A stretch of DNA of 64,000 bases from Eledone cirrhosa (taxonomy: Eukaryota). A model generated the notes under the pieces. The model was not told the DNA's origin. It saw nothing but the letters and a program-made list of their open reading frames with translations, and ran no database searches. A program made the position numbers and the translations under genes. Where the stretch lies: assembly GCA_964016885.1 (NCBI GenBank), contig OZ024742.1, forward strand, positions 166,284,001-166,348,000, written 5' to 3'. Positions within the stretch are counted from its first letter, which is position 1, and the number at the start of each line of letters is the position of its first letter. This document shows positions 1 through 10,800 of the stretch, piece after piece.

Positions 1-342
1 TCCAGTGTCCAAGGGGAGATAATTTCCAGCCAGCGAAGGGGAGATAATTTTTTTTTAAAAATCAGGGGGAGATTTGTAAAAAAAATCAGGGGGAGATAAT
101 TTGTAAAAAAAATCAAAGGGAGATAATTTCCAGCCGTCCAAAGAGATAATTTCTAGCCGTCCAAGGGGAGATAATTTCGAGCCAAGGGGAGATAATTTCC
201 AGCCGTCCAAGGGGAGATAATTTTTAAAAAAATCAGGTGGAGATAATTTGTAAAAAAAATCAGGGGGAGATAATTTGTAAAAACAAAATCAAGGGCAGAT
301 AATTTCCAGCTGTCCAAGGGGAGATAATTTCCAGCCGTGCAA

Positions 343-367
343 GGGGAGATAATTTCCAGCCGTCCAA
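343..367 (+). repeat. Representative type-A monomer GGGGAGATAATTTCCAGCCGTCCAA (25 bp)
   Basis: Read directly. Occurs in runs of about 1-13 units. Consecutive units create CCAAGG (StyI site, CCWWGG); each consensus unit has one CpG. Confidence 0.98.
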
Positions 368-792
368 GGGGAGATAATTTCCATCCTTCCAAGGGGAGAT
401 AATTTCCAGCCGTCCAAGGGGAGATAATTTCCCGCCAGCCAAGGGAAGATAATTTTTTAAAAAATCAGGCGGAGATTGTAAAAAAAATCAGGGGGAGATA
501 ATTTGTAAAAAAATCAGGGGGAGATAATTTGTAAAAAAATCAAGGGGAGATAATTTCCAGCTGTCCAAGGGGAGGTAATATCTAGCCGTCCAAGGGGAGA
601 TAATTTCCAGCCGTCCAAGGGGAGATAATTTCCAGCCGTCCAAGGGTAGATAATATCCAGCCGTCCAAGGAGACATATTTTCCAGCCGTCCAAGGAGAGG
701 TAATTTCTAGCCGTCCAAGTGGAGATAAATTCCAGCCTCCAAGGGGAGATAATTTCCAGCCAGCCAAGGGGAGATAATTTGTAAAAAAATCA

Positions 793-819
793 GGGGGAGA
801 TAATTTGTAAAAAAAATCA
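793..819 (+). repeat. Representative type-B monomer GGGGGAGATAATTTGTAAAAAAAATCA (27 bp; A-tract 7-10)
   Basis: Read directly. Occurs in runs of about 2-15 units. The + strand is 20/27 purine. Confidence 0.98.
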
Positions 820-1614
820 GGGGGAGATAATTTGTAAAAAAAAATCAGGGGGAGATAATTTGTAAAAAAAATCAGGGGGAGATAATTTGTAAAAAAAATC
901 AAGGGGAGATAATTTCCAGCCGTCCAAGGGGAGATAATTTTCAGCCGTCCAAGGGGAGATAATTTCCCGCCAGCCAAGGGAAGATAATATTTAAAAAATG
1001 AGGCGGAGATAACTTGTAAAAAAAAATCAGGGGTAGATAATTTGTAAAAAAAATCAGGGGGAGATAATTTGTAAAAAAAATCAAGGGGAGATAATTTCCA
1101 GCCGTCCAAGGAGAGATAATTTTTAAAAAAAATCAGGCGGAGATAATTTGTAAAAAAAAAATCAGGGGGAGATAATTTGTAAAAAAAAATCAGGGGGAGA
1201 TAATTTGTAAAAAAAATCAAGGGGAGATAATTTCCAGCCGTCCAAGGGGAGATAATTTTCAGCCGTCCAAGGGGAGATAATTTCCAGCCGTCCAAGGGGA
1301 GATAATTTTAAAAAAAAATCAGGCGGAGATAATTTGTAAAAAAAATCAAGGGGAGATAATTTGCAACCGTCCAAGGGGACATAATTTTCAGTCGTCCAAG
1401 GAGAGGTAATTTCTAGCCGTACAAGGGGAGATAATTTCCAGCCGTCCAAGGGGAGATAATTTCCAGCCGTCCAAGGGGAGATAATTTTTTTTTAAAAATC
1501 AGGCGGAGATAATTTGTAAAAAAAAAATCAGGGGGAGATAATTTGTAAAAAAAAATCAGGGGGAGATAATTTGTAAAAAAAAATCAGGGGGAGATAATTT
1601 GTAAAAAAAATCAA

Positions 1615-1745
1615 GGGGAGATAATTTCCAGCCGTCCAAGGGAAGATAATTTCCAGCCCTCCAAGGGGCTATAATTTCCAGCGTCCAAGGGGAGATAATT
1701 TCCAGCCAGCGAAGGGGAGATAATTGTTTTAAAAAAATCATTGGG
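1615..1745 (+). repeat. Third recurrent type-A cassette: GGGAAGAT..CCAGC(C/A)CTCC / GGGGCTATAA..CCAG(C/T)GTCC / CCAGCCAGCGAA
   Basis: Seen at ~1, 1640, 5150, 6060, 7185, 10445, 14415, 18680, 23000, 25510, 26430 and onward. Confidence 0.88.
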
Positions 1746-1792
1746 AGATTTGTAAAAAAAATCAGGGGGAGATAATTAATAAAAAAAATCAA

Positions 1793-2016
1793 GGGGAGAT
1801 AATTTCCAGCCGTCCAAGGGGAGGTAATATCTAGCCGTCCAAGGGGAGATAATTTCCAGCCGTCCAAGGGGAGATAATTTCCAGCCGTCCAAGGGTAGAT
1901 AATATCCAGCCGTCCAAGGAGACATATTTTCCAGCCGTCCAAGGAGAGGTAATTTCTAGCCGTCCAAGGGGAGATAAATTCCAGCCTCCAAGGGGAGATA
2001 ATTTCCAGCCAGCCAA
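1793..2016 (+). repeat. Recurrent 9-monomer type-A cassette (224 bp) with an ordered 5-unit variant signature (1893-2016)
   Basis: Fixed order GGGTAGATAATATCC / G(G/T)AGACATATTTTCC / GGAGAGGTAATTTCT / GGGGAGATAAATTCCAGCCTCC / ...CCAGCCAGCC, then a B block. Also at ~643, 2524, 3833, 5512, 7436, 8067, 9084, 9580, 11506 and onward to ~63628 (about 55-60 copies by eye). Confidence 0.93.
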
Positions 2017-2810
2017 GGGGAGATAATTTGTAAAAAAATCAGGGGGAGATAATTTGTAAAAAAAATCAGGGGTAGATAATTTGTAAAAAAAAATCAGGGG
2101 GAGATAATTTGTAAAAAAAAATCAGGGGGAGATAATTTGTAAAAAAAATCAAGGGGAGATAATTTCCAGCCGTCCAAGGAGAGAAAATTTAAAAAAAAAA
2201 TCAGGCGGAGATAATTTGTAAAAAAAAATCAGGGGGAGATAATTTGTAAAAAAAAATCAGGGGAAGATAATTTGTAAAAAAAATCAAGGGGAGATAATTT
2301 CCAGCCGTCCAAGGGGAGATAATTTCCAGCCGTCCAAGGGGAGATAATTTTTTAAAAAAAATCAGGCGGAGATAATTTGTAAAAAAAATCAGGGGGAGAT
2401 AATTTGTAAAAAAAAATCAGGGGGAGATAATTTGTAAAAAAAAATCAGGGGGAGATAATTTCCAGCCGTCCAAGGTAAGATAATTTCCAGCCCTCCAAGG
2501 GGCTATAATTTCCAGCCGTCCAAGGGTAGATAATATCCAGCCGTCCAAGTAGACATATTTTCCAGCCGTTCAAGGAGAGGTAATTTCTAGCCGTCCAAGG
2601 GGAGATAAATTCCAGCCTCCAAGGGGAGATAATTTCCAGCCAGCCAAGGGGAGATAATTTGTAAAAAAATCAGGGGGAGATAATTTGTAAAAAAAATCAG
2701 GGGGAGATAATTTGTAAAAAAAAATCAGGGGGAGATAATTTGTAAAAAAAAATCAGGGGGAGATAATTTGTAAAAAAAAATCAGGGGGAGATAATTTGTA
2801 AAAAAATCAA

Positions 2811-3016
2811 GGGGAGATAATTTCCAGCCGTCCAAGGGGAGATAATTTTCAGCCGTCCAAGGGGAGATAATTTCCAGCCGTCCAAGGGGAGATAATTTCC
2901 ATCCTTCCAAGGGGAGATAATTTCCAGCCGTCCAAGGGGAGATAATTTTCAGCCGTCCAAGGGGAGATAATTTCCCGCCAGCCAAGGGAAGATAATATTT
3001 TAAAAAATCAGGCGGA
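2811..3016 (+). repeat. Second recurrent type-A cassette: CCATCCTTCC variant, ending CCCGCCAGCCAAGGGAAGATAAT(A/T)TTT..AAAATCAGGCGG
   Basis: The same ordered variants end at ~442, 2985, 4590, 6538, 8529, 10038, 10926, 12522 and many later positions. These are the source of the recurring 'MAGGKLSP' pseudo-ORFs. Confidence 0.9.
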
Positions 3017-6000
3017 GATAATTTGTAAAAAAAATCAGGGGGAGATAATTTGTAAAAAAATCAGGGGGAGATAATTTGTAAAAAAAAAATCAGGGGGAGA
3101 TAATTTGTAAAAAAAATCAGGGGGAGATAATTTGTAAAAAAAAATCAGGGGTAGATAATTTGTAAAAAAAAATCAGGGGGAGATAATTTGTAAAAAAAAA
3201 TCAGGGGGAGATAATTTGTAAAAAAAATCAGGGGGAGATAATTTGTAAAAAAAAATCAGGGGGAGATAATTTCCGGCCGTCCAAGGGGAGATAATTTTCA
3301 GCCGTCCAAGGGGAGATAATTTCCCGCCAGCCAAGGGAAGATAATATTTAAAAAAATCAGGCGGAGATAATTTGTAAAAAAAATCAGGGGGAGATAATTT
3401 GTAAAAAAATCAGGGGGAGATAATTTGTAAAAAAAATCAAGGGGAGATAATTTCCAGCCGTCCAAGGGGAGATAATTTTCAGCCGTCCAAGGAGAGGTAA
3501 TTTCTAGCCGTCCAAGGGGAGATAATTTCCAGCCGTCCAAGGGGAGATAATTTCCAGCCGTCCAAGGGGAGATAGTTTTTTTTAAAAAATCAGGCGGAGA
3601 TAATTTGTAAAAAAAAAATCAGGGGGAGATAATTTGTAAAAAAAAATCAGGGGGAGATAATTTGTAAAAAAAAATCAGGGGGAGATAATTTGTAAAAAAA
3701 ATCAGGGGGAGATAATTAGTAAAAAAAATCAAGGGGATATAATTTCCAGCCGTCCAAGGGGAGGTAATATCTAGCCGTCCAAGGGGAGATAATTTCCAGC
3801 CGTCCAAGGGGAGATAATTTCCAGCCGTCCAAGGGTAGATAATATCCAGCCGTCCAAGTAGACATATTTTCCAGCCGTCCAAGGAGAGGTAATTTCTAGC
3901 CGTCCAAGGGGAGATAAATTCCAGCCTCCAAGGGGAGATAATTTCCAGCCAGCCAAGGGGAGATAATTTGTAAAAAAATCAGGGGGAGATAATTTGTAAA
4001 AAAAATCAGGGGGAGATAATTTGTAAAAAAAAATCAGGGGGAGATAATTTGTAAAAAAAAAATCAGGGGGAGATAATTTGTAAAAAAAATCAGGGGGAGA
4101 TAATTTGTAAAAACAAATCAAGGGGAGATAATTTCCAGCCGTCCAAGGGGAGATAATTTTCAGCCGCCCAAGGGGAGATAATTTCCCGCCAGCCAAGGGA
4201 AGATAATATTTAAAAAATCAGGCGGAGATAATTTGTAAAAAAAATCAGGGGGAGATAATTTGTAAAAAAATCAGGGGGAGATAATTTGTAAAAAAAAAAT
4301 CAGGGGGAGATAATTTGTAAAAAAAATCAGGGGGAGATGATTTGTAAAAAAAATCAGGGGTAGATAATTTGTAAAAAAAAATCAGGGGGAGATAATTTGT
4401 AAAAAAAAATCAGGGGGAGATAATTTGTAAAAAAAATCAAGAGGAGATAATTTCCAGCCGTCCAAGGGGAGATAATTTTCAGCCGTCCAAGGGGAGATAA
4501 TTTCCAGCCGTCCAAGGGGAGATAATTTCCATCCTTCCAAGGGGAGATAATTTCCAGCCGTCCAAGGGGAGATAATTTCCCGCCAACCAAGGGAAGATAA
4601 TTTTTAAAAAAATCAGGCGGAGATTGTAAAAAAAATCAGGGGGAGATAATTTGTAAATAAATCAGGGGGAGATAATTTGTAAAAAAAAAATCAGGGGGAG
4701 ATAATTTGTAAAAAAAATCAGGGGGAGATAATTTGTAAAAAAAAATCAAGGGGAGATAATTTGTACAAAAAATCAGGGGTATATAATTTGTAAAAAAAAA
4801 TCAGGGGGAGATAATTTGTAAAAAAAAATCAGGGGGAGATAATTTGTAAAAAAAATCAAGGGGAGATAATTTGCAGCCGTCCAAGGGGAGATAATTTTCA
4901 GCCGTCCAAGGAGAGGTAATTTCTAGCCGTCCAAGGTGAGATAATATCCAGCCGTCCAAGGGGAGATAATTTCCAGCCGTCCAAGGGGAGATAATTTTAA
5001 AAAAAAAACAGGCGAAGATAATTTGTAAAAAAAAAATCAGGGGGAGATAATTTGTAAAAAAAAATCAGGGGGAGATAATTTGTAAAAAAAATCAGGGGGA
5101 GGTAATTTGTAAAAAAAATCAAGGGGAGATAATTTCCAGCCGTCCAAGGGAAGATAATTTCCAGCCCTCCAAGGGGCTATAATTTCCAGCGTCCAAGGGG
5201 AGATAATTTCCAGCCAGCGAAGGGGAGATTTTTTTTTTAAATCAGGGGGACATAATTTGTAAAAAAAAATCAGGGGGAGATAATTTGTAAAAAAAATCAA
5301 GGGGAGATAATTTGTAAAAAAAAATCAGGGGGAGATAATTTGTAAAAAAAAATCAGGGGGAGATAATTTGTAAAAAAAATTAAGGGGAGATAATTTGTAA
5401 AAAAAAATCAAGGGGAGATAATTTCCAGCCGTCCAAGGAGAGGTAATTTCTAGACGTCCAAGGGGAGATAATTTCCAGCCGTCCAAGGGGAGATAATTTC
5501 CAGCCGTCCAAGGGTAGATAATATCCAGCCGTCCAAGGAGACATAGTTTCCAGCTTTCCAAGGAGAGGTAATTTCTAGCCGTCCAAGGGGAGATAAATTC
5601 CAGCCTCCAAGGGGAGATAATTTCCAGCCAGCCAAGGGGAGATAATTTGTAAAAAAAATCAGGGGGAGATAATTTGTAAAAAAAATCAGGGGGAGATAAT
5701 TTGTAAAAAAAATCAGGGGGAGATAATTTCCAGCCGTCCAAGGGGAGATAATTTTCAGCCGTCCAAGGGGAGATAATTTCCCGCCAGCCAAGGGAAGATA
5801 ATATTTAAAAAATGAGGCGGAGATAATTTGTAAAAAAAATCAGGGGGAGATAATTTGTAAAAAAATCAGGGGGAGATAATTTGTAAAAAAAAAATCAGGG
5901 GGAGATAATTTGTAAAAAAAATCAGGGGGAGATAATTTGTAAAAAAAATCAGGGGTAGATAATTTTTAAAAAAAAATCAGGGGGAGATAATTTGTAAAAA

Positions 6001-7899
6001 AAATCAGGGGGAGATAATTTATAAAAAAAATCAAGGGGAGATAATTTCCAGCCGTCCAAGGGAAGATAATTTCAAGCCCTCCAAGGGGCTATAATTTCCA
6101 GTGTCCAAGGGGAGATAATTTCCAGCCAGCGAAGGGGAGATAATTTTTTTTTAAAAATCAGGGGGAGATTTGTAAAAAAAATCAGGGGGAGATAATTTGT
6201 AAAAAAAATCAAAGGGAGATAATTTCCAGCCGTCCAAAGAGATAATTTCTAGCCGTCCAAGGGGAGATAATTTCGAGCCAAGGGGAGATAATTTCCAGCC
6301 GTCCAAGGGGAGATAATTTTTTAAAAAATCAGGTGGAGATAATTTGTAAAAAAAATCAGGGGGAGATAATTTGTAAAAACAAAATCAAGGGCAGATCATT
6401 TCCAGCTGTCCAAGGGGAGATAAATTCCAGCCGTGCAAGGGGAGATAATTTCCAGCCGTCCAAGGGGAGATAATTTCCATCCTTCCAAGGGGAGATAATT
6501 TCCAGCCGTCCAAGGGGAGATAATTTCCCGCCAGCCAAGGGAAGATAATTTTTTAAAAAATCAGGCGGAGATTGTAAAAAAAATCAGGGGGAGATAATTT
6601 GTAAAAAAATCAGGGGGAGATAATTTGTAAAAAAATCAACGGGAGATAATTTCCAGCTGTCCAAGGGGAGGTAATATCTAGCCGTCCAAGGGGAGATAAT
6701 TTCCAGCCGTCCAAGGGGAGATAATTTCCAGCCGTCCAAGGGTAGATAATATCCAGCCGTCCAAGGAGACATATTTTCCAGCCGTCCAAGGAGAGGTAAT
6801 TTCTAGCCGTCCAAGGGGAGATAATTTCCAGCCGTCCAAGGGGAGATAATTTAAAAAAAAATCAGGCGGAGATAATTTGTAAAAAAAATCAAGGGGAGAT
6901 AATTTGCAACCGTCCAAGGGGACATAATTTTCAGTCGTCCAAGGAGAGGTAATTTCTAGCCGTACAAGGGGAGATAATTTCCAGCCGTCCAAGGGGAGAT
7001 AATTTCCAGCCGTCCAAGGGGAGATAATTTTTTTTTAAAAATCAGGCGGAGATAATTTGTAAAAAAAAAATCAGGGGGAGATAATTTGTAAAAAAAAATC
7101 AGGGGGAGATAATTTGTAAAAAAAAATCAGGGGGAGATAATTTGTAAAAAAAATCAAGGGGAGATAATTTCCAGCCGTCCAAGGGAAGATAATTTCCAGC
7201 CCTCCAAGGGGCTATAATTTCCAGCGTCCAAGGGGAGATAATTTCCAGCCAGCGAAGGGGAGATAATTGTTTTAAAAAAATCATTGGGAGATTTGTAAAA
7301 AAAATCAGGGGGAGATAATTAATAAAAAAAATCAAGGGGAGATAATTTCCAGCCGTCCAAGGGGAGGTAATATCTAGCCGTCCAAGGGGAGATAATTTCC
7401 AGCCGTCCAAGGGGAGATAATTTCCAGCCGTCCAAGGGTAGATAATATCCAGCCGTCAAAGGAGACATATTTTCCCGCCGTCCAAGGAGAGGTAATTTCT
7501 AGCCGTCCAAGGGGAGATAAATTCCAGCCTCCAAGGGGAGATAATTTCCAGCCAGCCAAGGGGAGATAATTTGTAAAAAAATCAGGGTGAGATAATTTGT
7601 AAAAAAAATCAGGGGTAGATAATTTGTAAAAAAAAATCAGGGGGAGATAATTTGTAAAAAAAAATCAGGGGGAGATAATTTGTAAAAAAAATCAAGGGGA
7701 GATAATTTCCAGCCGTCCAAGGAGAGATAATTTAAAAAAAAAATCAGGCGGAGATAATTTGTAAAAAAAAATCAGGGGGAGATAATTTGGAAAAAAAAAT
7801 CAGGGGGAGATAATTTGTAAAAAAAATCAAGGGGAGATAATTTCCAGCCGTCCAAGGGGAGATAATTTCCAGCCGTCCAAGGGGAGATAATTTTTTAAA

Positions 7900-10800
7900 A
7901 AAAATCAGGCGGAGATAATTTGTAAAAAAAATCAGGGGGAGATAATTTGTAAAAAAAAATCAGGGGGAGATAATTTGTAAAAAAAAATCAGGGGGAGATA
8001 ATTTCCAGCCGTCCAAGGTAAGATAATTTCCAGCCCTCCAAGGGGCTATAATTTCCAGCCGTCCAAGGGTAGATAATATCCAGCCGTCCAAGTAGACATA
8101 TTTTCCAGCCGTTCAAGGAGAGGTAATTTCTAGCCGTCCAAGGGGAGATAAATTCCAGCCTCCAAGGGGAGATAATTTCCAGCCAGCCAAGGGGAGATAA
8201 TTTGTAAAAAAATCAGGGGGAGATAATTTGTAAAAAAAATCAGGGGGAGATAATTTGTAAAAAAAAATCAGGGGGAGATAATTTGTAAAAAAAAATCAGG
8301 GGGAGATAATTTGTAAAAAAAAATCAGGGGGAGATAATTTGTAAAAAAAATCAAGGGGAGATAATTTCCAGCCGTCCAAGGGGAGATAATTTTCAGCCGT
8401 CCAAGGGGAGATAATTTCCAGCCGTCCAAGGGGAGATAATTTCCATCCTTCCAAGGGGAGATAATTTCCAGCCGTCCAAGGGGAGATAATTTTCAGCCGT
8501 CCAAGGGGAGATAATTTCCCGCCAGCCAAGGGAAGATAATATTTTAAAAAATCAGGCGGAGATAATTTGTAAAAAAAATCAGGGGGAGATAATTTGTAAA
8601 AAAATCAGGGGGAGATAATTTGTAAAAAAAAAATCAGGGGGAGATAATTTGTAAAAAAAATCAGGGGGAGATAATTTGTAAAAAAAAATCAGGGGTAGAT
8701 AATTTGTAAAAAAAAATCAGGGGGAGATAATTTGTAAAAAAAAATCAGGGGGAGATAATTTGTAAAAAAAATCAGGGGGAGATAATTTGTAAAAAAAAAT
8801 CAGGGGGAGATAATTTCCGGCCGTCCAAGGGGAGATAATTTTCAGCCGTCCAAGGGGAGATAATTTCCCGCCAGCCAAGGGAAGATAATATTTAAAAAAA
8901 TCAGGCGGAGATAATTTGTAAAAAAAATCAGGGGGAGATAATTTGTAAAAAAATCAGGGGGAGATAATTTGTAAAAAAAATCAAGGGGAGATAATTTCCA
9001 GCCGTCCAAGGGGAGGTAATATCTAGCCGTCCAAGGGGAGATAATTTCCAGCCGTCCAAGTGGAGATAATTTCCAGCCGTCCAAGGGTAGATAATATCCA
9101 GCCGTCCAAGGAGACATATTTTCCAGCCGTCCAAGGAGAGGTAATTTCTAGCCGTCCAAGGGGAGATAAATTCCAGCCTCCAAGGGGAGATAATTTCCAG
9201 CCAGCCAAGGGGAGATAATTTGTAAAAAAAATCAGGGGGAGATAATTTGTAAAAAAAATCAGGGGGAGATAATTTGTAAAAAAATCAGGGGGAGATAATT
9301 TGTAAAAAAAAAATCAGGGGGAGATAATTTGTAAAAAAAATCAGGGGGAGATGATTTGTAAAAAAAAATCAGGGGTAGATAATTTGTAAAAAAAAATCAG
9401 GGGGTGATAATTTGTAAAAAAAAATCAGGGGGAGATAATTTGTAAAAAAAATCAAGGGGAGATAATTTCCAGCCGTCGAAGGGAAGATAATTTCCAGCCC
9501 TCCAAGGGGCTATAATTTCCAGCGTCCAAGGGGAGATAATTTCCAGCCGTCCAAGGGGAGATAATTTCCAGCCGTCCAAGGGTAGATAATATCCAGCCGT
9601 CCAAGTAGACATTTTCCAGCCGTCCAAGGAGAGGTAATTTCTAGCCGTCCAAGGGGAGATAAATTCCAGCCTCCAAGGGGAGATAATTTCCAGCCAGCCA
9701 AGGGGAGATAATTTGTAAAAAAATCAGGGGGAGATAATTTGTAAAAAAAATCAGGGGGAGATAATTTGTAAAAAAAAATCAGGGGGAGATAATTTGTAAA
9801 AACAATCAGGGGGAGATAATTTGTAAAAAAAATCAGGGGGAGATAATTTGTAAAAAAAATCAAGGGGAGATAATTTCCAGCCGTCCAAGGGGAGATAATT
9901 TTCAGCCGTCCAAGGGGAGATAATTTCCAGCCGTCCAAGGGGAGATAATTTCCATCCTTCCAAGGGGAGATAATTTCCAGCCGTCCAAGGGGAGATAATT
10001 TTCAGCCGTCCAAGGGGAGATAATTTCCCGCCAGCCAAGGGAAGATAATATTTTAAAAAATCAGGCGGAGATAATTTGTAAAAAAAATCAGGGGGAGATA
10101 ATTTGTAAAAAAATCAGGGGGAGATAATTTGTAAAAAAAAAATCAGGGGGAGATAATTTGTAAAAAAAATCAGGGGGAGATAATTTGTAAAAAAAAATCA
10201 GGGGTAGATAATTTGTAAAAAAAAATCAGGGGGAGATAATTTGTAAAAAAAAAATCAGGGGGAGATAATTTGTAAAAAAAATCAAGGGGAGATAATTTCC
10301 AGCCGTCCAAGGAGAGATAATTTTTAAAAAAAATCAGGCGGAGATAATTTGTAAAAAAAAATCAAGGGGAGATAATTTGTAAAAAAAAATCAAGGGGAGA
10401 TAATTTGTAAAAAAAATCAAGGGGAGATAATTTCCAGCCGTCCAAGGGAAGATAATTTCCAGCACTCCAAGGGGCTATAATTTCCAGTGTCCAAGGGGAG
10501 ATAATTTCCAGCCAGCGAAGGGGAGATAATTTTTTTTAAAAAATCAGGGGGAGATATGTAAAAAAAATCAGAGGGAGATAATTTCTAAAAAAAATCAAAG
10601 GGAGATAATTTCCAGCCGTCCAAAGAGAGATAATTTCTAGCCGTCCAAGGGGAGATAATTTCCAGCCAAGGGGAGATAATTTCCAGCCGTCCAAGGGGAG
10701 ATAATTATTTAAAAAATCAGGTGGAGATAATTTGTAAAAAAAATCAGGGGGAGATAATTTGTAAAAACAAAATCAAGGGCAGATAATTTCCAGCTGTCCA

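Noticed and set aside
343-357. NF-kB-like site GGGG...TTTCC
   Set aside because: The half-site spacing is longer than the 10-bp GGGRNNYYCC consensus.
343-367. Long yeast-type telomeric repeat (25 bp, G-run on one strand)
   Set aside because: I recognise no match to a known telomerase repeat, and a 64-kb length with multi-kb HORs is unlike a telomerase-made tract.
793-819. Poly-A tails, terminators or Shine-Dalgarno-like GGAG suggesting retroposons or bacterial genes
   Set aside because: These are integral parts of a 27-bp monomer. There is no element body, target-site duplication, GC-rich stem-loop or downstream coding sequence.
793-900. G-quadruplex potential from regular G4-G5 runs
   Set aside because: The runs are ~21-24 nt apart, much longer than canonical G4 loops, so stable intramolecular G4 is not supported by the sequence.
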